A stretch of DNA of 64,000 nt from Ottowia sp. (GTDB lineage Bacteria; Pseudomonadota; Gammaproteobacteria; Burkholderiales; Burkholderiaceae_C): the NCBI RefSeq assembly GCF_047975795.1, contig NZ_JBKEEE010000028.1, positions 17,372-81,371 of the forward strand, written 5' to 3'. The notes beneath the pieces were generated by a model, which had not been told where the DNA came from, made no database searches, and was given only the letters and a program-made list of their open reading frames with translations. The translations under genes were made by a program, and so were the position numbers. Shown here piece after piece: positions 54,626 through 64,000 of this stretch (within the stretch, counting starts at the first letter, position 1; each line of letters begins with the position of its first letter).

Positions 54626-56071
54626 ATGCCCACCTCCGACGCCGACCACACCAGTGCCGCCATTCATTCCCCTCGCCTGCTGTTGTGGCTGGTGGCCATT
54701 GGCTTTTTCATGCAGACGCTGGATTCCACCATCGTCAACACCGCCTTGCCCGCCATGGCGCGCAGCCTGGGCGAAAGCCCCTTGCGCATGCAAGCCGTGG
54801 TGGTGTCTTATGCACTGACCATGGCGGCCATCATTCCAGCATCCGGCTGGCTGGCCGACCGCTTTGGCACGCAACGCATTTTTTTGCTGGCGGTGGGGCT
54901 GTTCACGCTGGGTTCGGCTGCCTGCGCGGCCTCGGGCAACCTGAACCAGTTGACGGCAGCTCGGGTACTGCAAGGTGTGGGCGGTGCCATGCTGCTGCCG
55001 GTGGGGCGGCTGGTGGTACTGTGCGCCTTTCCGCGCGATCAGTTTCTGGATGCCATGAGCTTCGTGGCCATTCCCGGTCTGGTCGGCCCCTTGATCGGCC
55101 CCACGCTGGGCGGCTGGCTGGTGGAGTACGCCAGTTGGCACTGGATTTTTCTGATCAACCTGCCAGTTGGCATCATCGGTGCCGTGGCCACACTGAAGCT
55201 GATGCCTAATTTGCAAAACGCCGGGCTGGGCCGGTTTGACCTGGGCGGCTATCTGATGCTGGTGGTGGCCATGGTGGCCATTTCGCTGGCACTGGATGGC
55301 CTGGGCGGCCTGGGCTGGGCGCGCACCCTGGTGGCCCTGCTGCTGGTGATGGGGCTGGCCGCACTGGCCGCGTACTGGCTGCATGCGCTGCGCCACCCGG
55401 CCCCCATTTTTTCACCCCGCCTGTTCACCATTGCCAGCTACCGCGTGGGCGTTCTGGGCAACCTGTTTGCGCGCATTGGTTCAGGGGCCATGCCTTACCT
55501 GCTGCCGCTGCTGCTGCAACTGGCGATGGGTTTTTCACCCGTTGAGGCGGGCATGCTGATGCTGCCCGTGGCGCTGGCCAGCATGGGCATCAAACGGCCG
55601 ATCACCCGCCTGATCAGCCACATCGGCTACCGCCGGGTTTTGATTGGCAACACACTGCTGCTGGGTCTGATGATCGCCAGCTTTGCGCTGATGACGCCTG
55701 AGCAGCCACTGGGCTGGCGCATCTTTCAAATGGCCTTGTTTGGTGCCATCAACTCAACCCAGTTCACGGCCATGAACACGGTGACGCTGAAAGACCTGGA
55801 GCCGGTGGACGCAGCCAGCGGCAACAGCCTGTTCTCCATGGTGCAAATGCTAGGCATGAGCCTGGGGGTAACCTGCGCGGCAGCGCTGCTGCACGCCTTC
55901 AATGAATGGTTGGGTGCGGGCAGTGACAGCGGACAGTCGCAAGCGGTGTTTCGCGCCTCATTTGTCGTCATTGGGCTGATGACCATGGTGTCAGCCGCCG
56001 TGTTCTGGCAATTGCGGCGCGACGGCCCCAAGCCTACAGTCCATCAAAACCCGGCTGATCTGGCGGACTAG
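54626..56071 (+). CDS. mdtD: DHA2-family MFS transporter (MdtD-like)
   Basis: FFMQTLDSTIVNTALP.MA.SLGESPL.M, GWLADRFG, WHWIFLINLP. Confidence 0.85.
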   Translation: MPTSDADHTSAAIHSPRLLLWLVAIGFFMQTLDSTIVNTALPAMARSLGESPLRMQAVVVSYALTMAAIIPASGWLADRFGTQRIFLLAVGLFTLGSAACAASGNLNQLTAARVLQGVGGAMLLPVGRLVVLCAFPRDQFLDAMSFVAIPGLVGPLIGPTLGGWLVEYASWHWIFLINLPVGIIGAVATLKLMPNLQNAGLGRFDLGGYLMLVVAMVAISLALDGLGGLGWARTLVALLLVMGLAALAAYWLHALRHPAPIFSPRLFTIASYRVGVLGNLFARIGSGAMPYLLPLLLQLAMGFSPVEAGMLMLPVALASMGIKRPITRLISHIGYRRVLIGNTLLLGLMIASFALMTPEQPLGWRIFQMALFGAINSTQFTAMNTVTLKDLEPVDAASGNSLFSMVQMLGMSLGVTCAAALLHAFNEWLGAGSDSGQSQAVFRASFVVIGLMTMVSAAVFWQLRRDGPKPTVHQNPADLAD

Positions 56072-56227
56072 GGCCTGTCAAAGCTTGGCCTGTTTGCTAC
56101 CACCGAATTGGGGCCCTGTACGATCATTAGGTGTTAATACCAGCACCCATAACTACCTTTAGTGGTACTTTTACACTGCTCTTACTTGCATCAGGCGCAC
56201 ACCACCACGCGCCACAGGGTAGGCACC

Positions 56228-57355
56228 GTGAACAGCCCCGCATCTGCACCGCCGAATGTTGCACAGCAACTGGCCGAGGCCACGTGGAACGACGGTGCAT
56301 GGCCCCAGGCACTGCGGTCACTGCAACGGCTGTTTGATGGCGTTCAATACTGCTTCCGGCTTGAATCGCACCCCGACGACGTACCGCCGCTGGTGGTCTG
56401 CAACGCCAACCGGGATCTGGCTCTGAGCTATCCACAGTTGCGCGACACCAATCCCTTCCTGCCCCGCTTGCGCTGTATGGCCCCCGGCACGGTGTTGACG
56501 GACGAGGCGCTGATGCCCGCGCGCGACTTCCACCGCACCGAGTTCTACGACGCTTGGTACACCACACAGGATTTGCACCACACCATGGCCATGAACGTGG
56601 CCCAAACGCCCGACACCACCAACTATGTGGTGCTGCACCGCAGTCAGCGGCAAGGCCCGTTCGAGGCGGCTGAAGCAGCCTTGCTCCAAAGCCTGCTGCC
56701 CTTGCTGCAGCAAACCATTCACGCCCGGCTGCGGCTGGGCCAGACCCACTGGCGCGATCGCATTGACGCACTGGAACACCACCACGCCGCCGTGCTGCTG
56801 ATCAGCGCCGATGGGTGCATGATTTATGCCAACGGCGTAGCCCAAACGCTGCTGGAATCAAGCAGTTTCCCGTTGCAGGTGCAGCGCGGCGTGCTGATGG
56901 CGCTGGAGCCGGATGACGATGCACGTTTGCAAGCGTTGGTGCGCAGCGCCTGCCACACCAGCCATGCGCGGGCGTTGGGCGGCAACATGGCCTTGCGCGA
57001 GCAGGGGCGGCTGGCCGCACAAATCAACGTCAGCGCCTTGCGACACACCCAGGTGATGGGCCTGCCGGTGGAGCGCGCCGCCTGTGTCATTGTGTGCGTG
57101 CTGAGTGCATCCAGCGTGCCCTGTGATGCCCCCGCGCGCTTTCGTGCCGTGTTCGGCTTAAGCGAAAAAGAAGCCGCATTGGCCGCCGACTTGGCACGCG
57201 GTGCAGTGCTCAAAGACATTGCGCGCTATCACCAGATCGGCATTGCCACCGCGCGCACGCACCTGGGCCATGTGTTCCGCAAAACCGGTACTTCGCACCA
57301 GGGTGAGCTGGTGGCCTTGCTGCTACAAACGCTGGCCGCGCCGTCACGCATGTGA
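56228..57355 (+). CDS. Transcriptional regulator with PAS-like region and C-terminal LuxR-type HTH (start uncertain)
   Basis: IYAN..A..LL; FGLSEKEAALA..LARG..LKDIA..TARTHLGHVFRKTGTSHQGELV. Confidence 0.85.
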   Translation: MNSPASAPPNVAQQLAEATWNDGAWPQALRSLQRLFDGVQYCFRLESHPDDVPPLVVCNANRDLALSYPQLRDTNPFLPRLRCMAPGTVLTDEALMPARDFHRTEFYDAWYTTQDLHHTMAMNVAQTPDTTNYVVLHRSQRQGPFEAAEAALLQSLLPLLQQTIHARLRLGQTHWRDRIDALEHHHAAVLLISADGCMIYANGVAQTLLESSSFPLQVQRGVLMALEPDDDARLQALVRSACHTSHARALGGNMALREQGRLAAQINVSALRHTQVMGLPVERAACVIVCVLSASSVPCDAPARFRAVFGLSEKEAALAADLARGAVLKDIARYHQIGIATARTHLGHVFRKTGTSHQGELVALLLQTLAAPSRM

Positions 57356-57371
57356 TGCGGCGTTTAACGCC

Positions 57372-57965
57372 TCAGGTGCTGGCCTCTGATGCGGTCAATC
57401 TCCGCAACAACTCCTGCACATTCGTGCCCAACGCCTCGGTGTTGTCGAATAAGAACAGCTCCGGGTAATCCACCGCCGTCGGCTGGAACAGGCGGGTGCG
57501 ATAGTCGTCCCAGTGCGCCAGCTTCCAGGCATCGTTGGGGTTGGCGCGCTGGGCAATTCGCTGGCGCGCCTGGGCTTCGGCCACGTGTACCCAGACAATG
57601 TGCACGTGCACGTCATCGCCCACACCCAGCCAGGTACGGTCAGCCAACTGGTGCGCACGCACCTCGCGCGACAGCGGCCCCACCACCGCCACGCTCACGC
57701 CCAGCGCCAGGTTTTCGCGCGCCGTGGCCAACAGGCCGCGGTATTCGGGATCACGCAGGTGTTGCAGGTACAGCGGGCTGTCGCGGTCATTGGCATCGCC
57801 CGTCAGCACGCCCATCACGGCTGAGCTGTACTGCCCGTACAGCGTGTCTTTGTCGAGCAGGCAAAACGGCTCCCCCGTGGCCGCCATCAATGGGTGCAGC
57901 ATGTGTTTGGCCAGCGTGGTCTTGCCGGTGCCCGCATGGCCACAGAAAAAGATCAGATAAGGCAT
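57372..57965 (-). CDS. P-loop kinase-like (AAA_33-type) protein
   Basis: CGHAGTGKTT, LLDKDTLY, RIAQRANPND. Confidence 0.85.
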   Translation of the reverse strand: MPYLIFFCGHAGTGKTTLAKHMLHPLMAATGEPFCLLDKDTLYGQYSSAVMGVLTGDANDRDSPLYLQHLRDPEYRGLLATARENLALGVSVAVVGPLSREVRAHQLADRTWLGVGDDVHVHIVWVHVAEAQARQRIAQRANPNDAWKLAHWDDYRTRLFQPTAVDYPELFLFDNTEALGTNVQELLRRLTASEAST

Positions 57966-58145
57966 AGGCGGCGATTGTGCATGGCCTGCGTCGGTGGCCG
58001 GTTGAAGTCCAGGTTGATACCACCTACCCATTCCAGACGCACCTTGCATGCCCTGTGCCTGCAAGATGCATCGACAAGAAAGCAAAGATCGGCACAATGG
58101 GAGTCATCACTTCAAATAAACCTTGTCTTTATCAGGAACCCCACG

Positions 58146-58841
58146 ATGATCGATCTTTACTCTTGGGCCACCCCCAACGGCCATAAAGTCCACATCATGC
58201 TGGAAGAGTGCGACCTGCCCTACCGCGTGCACGCCATCAACATTGGGGCGGGCGATCAGTTCAAGGCCGACTTTCTGGCCATCAGCCCCAACAACAAAAT
58301 TCCGGCCATTGTCGACAGCGACGGGCCAGACGGCCAGCCCATCTCGGTGTTCGAGTCAGGGGCCATCTTGCTGTACCTGGCAGGCAAAACCGGCCAGTTT
58401 CTTCCCCAGGGCGCGCGTGGTAAATATGAGGCACTGCAATGGCTGATGTTCCAGATGGGCGGAGTTGGTCCCATGCTGGGGCAGGCGCACCACTTTCGCA
58501 TTTATGCACCTGAGAAGGTCGATTACGCCATCCAGCGCTACACCAACGAAGCCCGCCGCCTGTATGGTGTGATGGATCGCCAGATCGAGCGCACCGGTGC
58601 CTACATCGCGGGCGCTGAATACACCGTGGCCGACATCGCCATCTTTCCGTGGCTGCGCAGCTGGCAAAACCAGGGCATTGACTGGGCCGACTATCCGGCG
58701 CTCAAAGCCTGGTTTGACCGCATCGAGCAACGCCCTGCCGTCCAGCGGGGCGTGGAAGTATTGACCCCCTTGCGAAAACCCATCCGCACCGCCGCCGAAG
58801 CGGACGTGCTGTTCGGAAAGATGCAGTACAAAAAGCGCTAG
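58146..58841 (+). CDS. Glutathione S-transferase, Nu class (YfcG-like)
   Basis: TPNGHK, SPNNKIPAI, FESGAIL, GPMLGQAHHF. Confidence 0.94.
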   Translation: MIDLYSWATPNGHKVHIMLEECDLPYRVHAINIGAGDQFKADFLAISPNNKIPAIVDSDGPDGQPISVFESGAILLYLAGKTGQFLPQGARGKYEALQWLMFQMGGVGPMLGQAHHFRIYAPEKVDYAIQRYTNEARRLYGVMDRQIERTGAYIAGAEYTVADIAIFPWLRSWQNQGIDWADYPALKAWFDRIEQRPAVQRGVEVLTPLRKPIRTAAEADVLFGKMQYKKR

Positions 58842-58879
58842 ATCACTCGTCCACCCACCAGCCTCTCAGCACCCACACG

Positions 58880-59836
58880 ATGCCCCGCTTTTTCCAGCCC
58901 TTGCGCCACCTGTTCTTTGCATTGGCAGCCACTCTGCCAAGCCTGCCCACCGCCGCGCAAGACACGTGCCCACCACCGCTTGAAGTGGCCGCACCCAAGG
59001 TGCTGGAACAACTGGCACGCAACGCCACAGATCGCGGCTTTTTGTGGACGTTCGAGAAAAACGGCCAAGTGTCTTACCTGTACGGCACCTTGCACGCGCA
59101 AAAACTGGCCTGGTTTGGTGCCGGACCGCAATTGCGCACCGCACTGAAATCCGCCCATGCCGTGGCGCTGGAGATGGATCCGTCCGACGCCACACTCCAG
59201 GCCAGCCTGATCGCCGCACAACCCGATGGCGCAGCAGCCAATGTACTGCCCGAGCGCATGCGCATGCGACTACAAGCGCGCATGGCCGCTGAATGCGTCG
59301 ACCCCACCACCTTGCAAAACCTCTCACCTGAGCTGCAAGTCACCATGCTGAGCCTGCTGGCCGCGCGGCGCGACGGCCTGGAAGTTACCTACGGCAGCGA
59401 ACTGGCCTTGGCCTACGCCGCGCGGGCCATGAACAAACCCGTCTTCTCGCTGGAAAGCGCCGCCGACCAGATGCGCGCACTCACCCCTTCCAGCACTGCC
59501 GAGCGCAACGCGCTGATGGATCGCTCGTTGACGGCCTTGTCTGACGGCTCAGCCCGGCGCGTGCTGGCCCAGGCGGCCGATTACTGGGCCAGCAGCAATG
59601 GCGACGCGCTGGCGCGCTACACCGAATGGTGCGAATGCACCCACACCGACGCCGAGCGCGCCCAGCTCAAGCGCCTGCTGGACGAGCGCAACCCACAACT
59701 GGCCGACCGCATGGCGGCGCTGCAAGCGCGTACCGGATCACTGCTGACGGGCGTGGGCGCGCTGCACATGTTTGGCCCCAACAACCTGCCCGATCTGCTG
59801 CGCCAACGCGGTTACGTCGTCACGCGGGTGCACTGA
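58880..59836 (+). CDS. TraB/GumN-family protein
   Basis: FLW....G.VSYLYGTLH, LES..DQ, LLDERN, VGALHM.G. Confidence 0.9.
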   Translation: MPRFFQPLRHLFFALAATLPSLPTAAQDTCPPPLEVAAPKVLEQLARNATDRGFLWTFEKNGQVSYLYGTLHAQKLAWFGAGPQLRTALKSAHAVALEMDPSDATLQASLIAAQPDGAAANVLPERMRMRLQARMAAECVDPTTLQNLSPELQVTMLSLLAARRDGLEVTYGSELALAYAARAMNKPVFSLESAADQMRALTPSSTAERNALMDRSLTALSDGSARRVLAQAADYWASSNGDALARYTEWCECTHTDAERAQLKRLLDERNPQLADRMAALQARTGSLLTGVGALHMFGPNNLPDLLRQRGYVVTRVH

Positions 59837-59879
59837 CGACTCAGCCCACCAGCAAAAAAAGACGAAAAGATCATCAGCC

Positions 59880-60743
59880 ATGCACATTCTTTCCATCCAA
59901 TCGCACGTGTCGTACGGCCATGTGGGCAACTCGGCGGCCGTGTTCCCGCTGCAACGCCTGGGGCATGAGGTCTGGCCTGTTCACACCGTCAACTTCTCCA
60001 ACCACACAGGCTACGGGGCCTGGGGCGGATCGGCCATTGCGGCGACTGAAGTCGCCGCCATCGTCAACGCCATGGACGCACGTGGCGCACTGGCGCGCGT
60101 GGACGCCGTCCTCAGCGGCTACCAGGGCAGCGCCGAGATCGCGGATGTGATCTTGAACACCGTAGCACGCATCAAGACGCTCAACCCCCAGGCCACTTAC
60201 GCCTGCGATCCGGTCATGGGCAACGCCAAATCAGGCTGCTTTGTGCACCCCGACATTCCGGAGCTGCTGCGCGAGCGCGTCGTGCCACAGGCCGATCTGA
60301 TCACCCCCAACCAGTTTGAACTCGGCTACCTGGCGGGCACCGAAGCCACCACGCTCGAAAGCACGCTGGCCGCCGTCGATGCCGTCATGGACATGGGGCC
60401 GCGCACCGTGCTAGTCACCAGTGTCGAACGACCCGAACGCCCGCCCGGCACCATCGAAATGCTGGCCGCCAACGCGACAGGTGCCTGGCTGGTGCAAACG
60501 CCTTATCTGCCATTCAAAGCGAACGGCTCGGGCGACGTCACTGCCGCACTGTTCATCGCTCACTTAGGCACACAACCCGACGCACAACCCGACATCGCCA
60601 ACGCCCTGGCCCGCACCACTGCCAGCGTGTATGAACTGCTGCGCGCCACCCAAGCCTCCGGCCAGCGCGAGCTGCAACTGGTGCAGGCGCAGCAAGCCTA
60701 CGTCAATCCGGCACAGCTTTTTGAAATCCGGCAGGTGCGTTGA
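59880..60743 (+). CDS. pdxY: Pyridoxal kinase
   Basis: ILSIQSHVSYGHVGNSAA.FPLQ, FSNHTGY, CDPVMG, TPNQFEL, NGSGD. Confidence 0.95.
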   Translation: MHILSIQSHVSYGHVGNSAAVFPLQRLGHEVWPVHTVNFSNHTGYGAWGGSAIAATEVAAIVNAMDARGALARVDAVLSGYQGSAEIADVILNTVARIKTLNPQATYACDPVMGNAKSGCFVHPDIPELLRERVVPQADLITPNQFELGYLAGTEATTLESTLAAVDAVMDMGPRTVLVTSVERPERPPGTIEMLAANATGAWLVQTPYLPFKANGSGDVTAALFIAHLGTQPDAQPDIANALARTTASVYELLRATQASGQRELQLVQAQQAYVNPAQLFEIRQVR

Positions 60744-60828
60744 ACCTAGCGTAGAGTTCTTCTTGAAAGCCGCATGAATACACAACTTTCTGCCCTTTCC
60801 CACGCTCACCTTGGAGGTCAAGGCGCAC

Positions 60829-60949
60829 CGCACCCATTGGCACTGCGCTCGCCGCGCCATGCGGCGTTGCTCGTCCTTGCGGGCAGCAAAAAAGCCCGCA
60901 GCGTCCTCGCGTCTTGTCTGGCACGCCGATCACAGCACCATCGGATGCG
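60829..60949 (-). repeat. 121-bp imperfect long hairpin, MITE-core-like
   Basis: 31-nt arms 60829-60859 and 60919-60949, inner TGCGGGC/GCCCGCA stem; core similar to the 48102 MITE. Confidence 0.7.
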
Positions 60950-61083
60950 TCCAACGGCCGGATCCAGGTTGAATGGACTGCACGCGCCACCAGCTTCGCC
61001 AAGTTCAAATTCTGTGCTTGATCTGGTTAAGTGCGTGCCGTGCAAAAAACAGAAAAACCCGTCAGTTACCCGGCTGGGCTGTG

Positions 61084-61113
61084 GATACGGACGGGATAGA
61101 TACGGACGGGATA
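61084..61113. repeat. 15-bp tandem repeat GATACGGACGGGATA x2
   Basis: Exact copies at 61084-61098 and 61099-61113; TGGAC x2 follows at 61116-61125. Confidence 0.9.
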
Positions 61114-61127
61114 TTTGGACTGGACTA

Positions 61128-62996
61128 CTATCCAGCCGCTTCCCGATACTCCGGCACCCGTCGCTTCAACCCCTGACGCACTTCGGCAGCATCAGGCGCG
61201 CAGCCCAGTGACTCGATCCAGGCGGCGATGACCAAGGCAGCGTCGGCGGGGGCAGCGGGGACTTTGGCCACGCGCAGTTTGGGGTGGGGTGTGGGTTCGG
61301 TGGTTTCGTTGTCAGCCAACAGTTCTTCAAACAGCTTCTCTCCAGGACGCAAGCCGGTGAAACTGATGGGCACATCGGCTTCGGTGCAGCCTGACAGACG
61401 AATCAACAGTCGTGCCAAGTCAACGATCTTCACCGCCTCGCCCATGTCCAGCACAAAAATCTGGCCTGACCGGCCCATCAGGCCCGCTTGCAGCACCAGT
61501 TGCGCGGCTTCAGGGATGGTCATGAAGTAGCGCACGATGTCGGGGTGGGTGACGGTGACGGGGCCACCCTGCTCTATTTGGGCCTGAAACAGCGGAACGA
61601 CAGAGCCGCTAGAACCCAGCACGTTGCCAAACCGCACCGACACGTATTGCGTGGCCAGATGTTCGGTAGCCACAGCCTGCACCACCTGCTCGGCCAAGCG
61701 TTTGCTGGCCCCCATGACATTAGTGGGATTGACGGCCTTGTCGGTCGATACCAGCACAAAACGCGCCGCGCCCACCTCACCGGCCACGCGCGCAGCATGC
61801 AGCGTGCCCAGCGTGTTGGTGTGCAGGGCTTCGATTTCGTTGTGCTGCTCCATCAACGGTACGTGCTTGTAAGCGGCGGCGTGCAGCACCACGCTGGGGC
61901 GGTGCGCACGGGCGATGACGCGCAGGCGATCAGGCTCACGCACGTTGGCGGTGTAGTACACGGCTTGCAACTGCGGGTGGCTGCGTTGCAACTCTTGCTC
62001 CAGCCGGTAGGTGGCGTATTCAGACACGTCCACGCACACCAGCCGGGCGACGCCAAAGCGCGCCACCTGACGGCACAACTCGGCACCGATGGAGCCGCCC
62101 GCGCCAGTCACCAGCACCGTCTGGCCGCGCAGCAGACCGGACAGCCCCTGGCCGTCCAGTTGCACCGGCGCGCGGCCCAGCAGGTCTTCCAGCCGCACTT
62201 CGCGCAAAGCCGGGGAAAAAGCCGGAGCCAAGCCCGAGGCATCGGCACCAGGGCGCAGCAGCTCGTCGGCGCTGGGCAGGGTAAGCAGGTGCAGGCCCGT
62301 GCCAGCCCAACGCATCATCACCTCGCGCCGCAGCGGCGCACCGGGGGCGCTGGCCAGCAGCACGGTGTCCACCTGCCACGCCGCAGCAATCTGGCCCAGC
62401 GCTTCGGGCACGCCCAGCACCGGCACGCCTTGCACGGTGCGGCCCTGGTCTTGCACACGCGGCGACACCACACCGGCCACACGCCAGCCGGTCACACCTT
62501 TGAGGTTGCGCAGGGTGTGATCGGCTTCGTCCAGCGTGCCGACGATCAAAAGCGGTTGCGGTGCAGTGCCTGCGGTGTGGCGGCTGCGGTGGCTGGCCTG
62601 TTCGGTCAGCGTGCGCCAGGCGGCGCGGGCGGCGGCCAGCAGCATCAATGCCAGCAACCCGGCCAGCAAAAAAACCGAGCGCGGAAAGCTGTCCACGCGC
62701 AGCCCCATCACCAGCGCCGTGGTCAGCAGTGTGCCCAGGGCCACGCCCACGGCCAGCCTGCGCAGATCGGCCAGGCTGACGTAACGCCAGCTCTGGCGCG
62801 GCACCCGCAGCAGCAGCAGGCCCAGCGCCATACCGCCCAGTGCCAGTGGCGTGGTCAGCAATGCGCGGCGCAGCTCCTCGCTGGGCAACTCGAAGTTAAA
62901 GCGCAGCCAGAACGCGGCCCACCAGGCCAGCACGATCAGCGGCCCGTCGACCAGCCAGCTTTTGCTGACCAGGTTGTGGCGCAGCGCGGTCAACAT
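61128..62996 (-). CDS. Membrane-anchored nucleoside-diphosphate sugar 4,6-dehydratase (WbpM/CapD/PglF-like)
   Basis: N-terminal TM segments, TGAGGSIG, HAAAYKHVP, STDKAVNP, RFGNVLGSSGSV, GLRPGEKL. Confidence 0.95.
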   Translation of the reverse strand: MLTALRHNLVSKSWLVDGPLIVLAWWAAFWLRFNFELPSEELRRALLTTPLALGGMALGLLLLRVPRQSWRYVSLADLRRLAVGVALGTLLTTALVMGLRVDSFPRSVFLLAGLLALMLLAAARAAWRTLTEQASHRSRHTAGTAPQPLLIVGTLDEADHTLRNLKGVTGWRVAGVVSPRVQDQGRTVQGVPVLGVPEALGQIAAAWQVDTVLLASAPGAPLRREVMMRWAGTGLHLLTLPSADELLRPGADASGLAPAFSPALREVRLEDLLGRAPVQLDGQGLSGLLRGQTVLVTGAGGSIGAELCRQVARFGVARLVCVDVSEYATYRLEQELQRSHPQLQAVYYTANVREPDRLRVIARAHRPSVVLHAAAYKHVPLMEQHNEIEALHTNTLGTLHAARVAGEVGAARFVLVSTDKAVNPTNVMGASKRLAEQVVQAVATEHLATQYVSVRFGNVLGSSGSVVPLFQAQIEQGGPVTVTHPDIVRYFMTIPEAAQLVLQAGLMGRSGQIFVLDMGEAVKIVDLARLLIRLSGCTEADVPISFTGLRPGEKLFEELLADNETTEPTPHPKLRVAKVPAAPADAALVIAAWIESLGCAPDAAEVRQGLKRRVPEYREAAG

Positions 62997-63032
62997 GGCC
63001 CGCCCACGCCGCCTGATCTGAAAGAATAGAAA

Positions 63033-63086
63033 ACTATGATTTTCATAGCTTGTTTCGCTTGTCACACTTGCATCAAATGCCAATTT
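63033..63086 (+). repeat. Fixed-spacing 54-bp motif, intergenic copy
   Basis: ACTAT GATTTTC ATAGCT TGTT TCGC TTGTCACACTT GCAT CAAA TGCC AATTT. Confidence 0.85.
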
Positions 63087-63104
63087 GAGTTGTAAAACTG
63101 GGCA

Positions 63105-63695
63105 TTATCCCCACACCACCTTCAATGTGCCCAGCAAGATGCGCACGTCGCCGCCCAGGCTGTGGTGATCCACATATTGAAGATCATGGCGCTGCTTGGC
63201 GGGCAACACCTGCTCGATATACACGCGTTCCGGGTCGGCCGCAGCGGCCAGCAGACGTTCCTCATCACGAAAGACCATCGCCGCGCTGCTGGTGATGCCG
63301 GGCCGCACGGACAGGATGCGCGCACGCACCTCGGGCGGGTACAGCGCCATGTAGCGCGGCACTTCGGGGCGCGGGCCAACCAGGCTCATGGCACCGCGCA
63401 GCACGTCCCACCACTGCGGCAGCTCGTCCAGCTTGGTGCGGCGCAGCCAGCGCCCGGCGCGGGTGATGCGCGCATCGCCCGCTTGTGTGATGAGCGGGCC
63501 GCTTCCGTCATGCACGCGCATGGTGCGCAGCTTGTGGATGCGAAACAGCCGTCCGCCGCGTCCTACGCGCTCTTGCAAAAACAGCGCCGGGCCAGGCGAA
63601 TCCAGCTTGATCCACAGCGCCAGCACCAGCAACAAAGGCAGCACCACGGGCAGCGCCAGCAGCACCAGCAGCACGTCAAACACACGCTTGCTCAC
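63105..63695 (-). CDS. Bacterial sugar transferase (monotopic phosphoglycosyl transferase)
   Basis: KRVFD, KLRTM, KLDELPQ, MSLVGPRP, RPGIT. Confidence 0.95.
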   Translation of the reverse strand: MSKRVFDVLLVLLALPVVLPLLLVLALWIKLDSPGPALFLQERVGRGGRLFRIHKLRTMRVHDGSGPLITQAGDARITRAGRWLRRTKLDELPQWWDVLRGAMSLVGPRPEVPRYMALYPPEVRARILSVRPGITSSAAMVFRDEERLLAAAADPERVYIEQVLPAKQRHDLQYVDHHSLGGDVRILLGTLKVVWG

Positions 63696-64000
63696 GCCAC
63701 TGTTCCCTGTCGGTAGGCATGCAAATGCACGGCATGCTGGCGCGCCAGCGGGGTCAACACACGGTCGGCCACATACAGCGCATCGTCGATCGCAGCGCCC
63801 GCCGCGCCCAGTCGCGTGGCGGCTGAAAAACTGCTCAACACGCCATAGCTGGCGTAAAACGCAGGCGCAGGCAAATCACCCCGGCGCAGCAGCCGCCAGC
63901 CGTTGCGCCGCGCACCCAGCCGCGCCAGCAGCGGTGCCACAGCGCTAACGCCGTTGTCCAGCGTGACCAGCCAGCCACCAGGCGACAGGTGCTGCATCAG
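63692..64000 (-). CDS. 3' end of a gene continuing beyond the window, possibly a SAM-dependent methyltransferase
   Basis: HLSPGGWLV.LD resembles the class I MTase post-motif; GTGA overlap with the sugar transferase. Confidence 0.5.
   Translation of the reverse strand: MMQHLSPGGWLVTLDNGVSAVAPLLARLGARRNGWRLLRRGDLPAPAFYASYGVLSSFSAATRLGAAGAAIDDALYVADRVLTPLARQHAVHLHAYRQGTVA

Noticed and set aside
56069..56170. TAGGGCCTGT possible IS5-like end, and TACC-N6-GGTA palindrome before the LuxR-type gene
   Set aside because: No partner inverted end found; the palindrome is too short to support a call.
60774..61211. 145-aa plus-strand ORF
   Set aside because: Runs through the hairpin and tandem repeats and overlaps the dehydratase end; not protein-like.

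Overview
GC-rich betaproteobacterial chromosome. Protein sequences and gene order look like Comamonadaceae, possibly Hydrogenophaga-like (inference, not searched). Most of the window is core genes: dapE-prmB, moaA, carAB, the rpsB-tsf-pyrH-frr-uppS-cdsA-dxr-rseP-bamA-skp-lpxD-fabZ-lpxA-lpxB-rnhB-trmH cluster, nnr, lptFG/pepA/holC, argA, dsbB, murJ, an acyl-CoA dehydrogenase pair, pdxY and the end of a surface-polysaccharide cluster. Small accessory inserts are LysR/DJ-1, a TonB receptor with a likely Fur box, MarR/AlkC-like/DUF6616, and two ORFans. mobA and serB are broken. I saw no tRNA, rRNA, CRISPR array, transposase or prophage. The most striking unexplained signal is a degenerate ~54-bp motif with invariant spacing (RCTAT-N7-ATAGCT-N4-RYGC-N11-GCRY-N4-GGCC-A/T tract) present about 10 times. 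Five copies are intergenic and five lie inside housekeeping genes. In lpxB and dxr (and probably prmB and trmH) it is written into the codons in one frame without lengthening the protein. Other notable items are a 161-bp MITE that duplicated a TGA stop codon, a related G-U-rich hairpin, a carA leader hairpin, an Actinobacteria-like PdxY and a 770-aa internally duplicated ORFan. All comparisons to other organisms are from memory and need checking.
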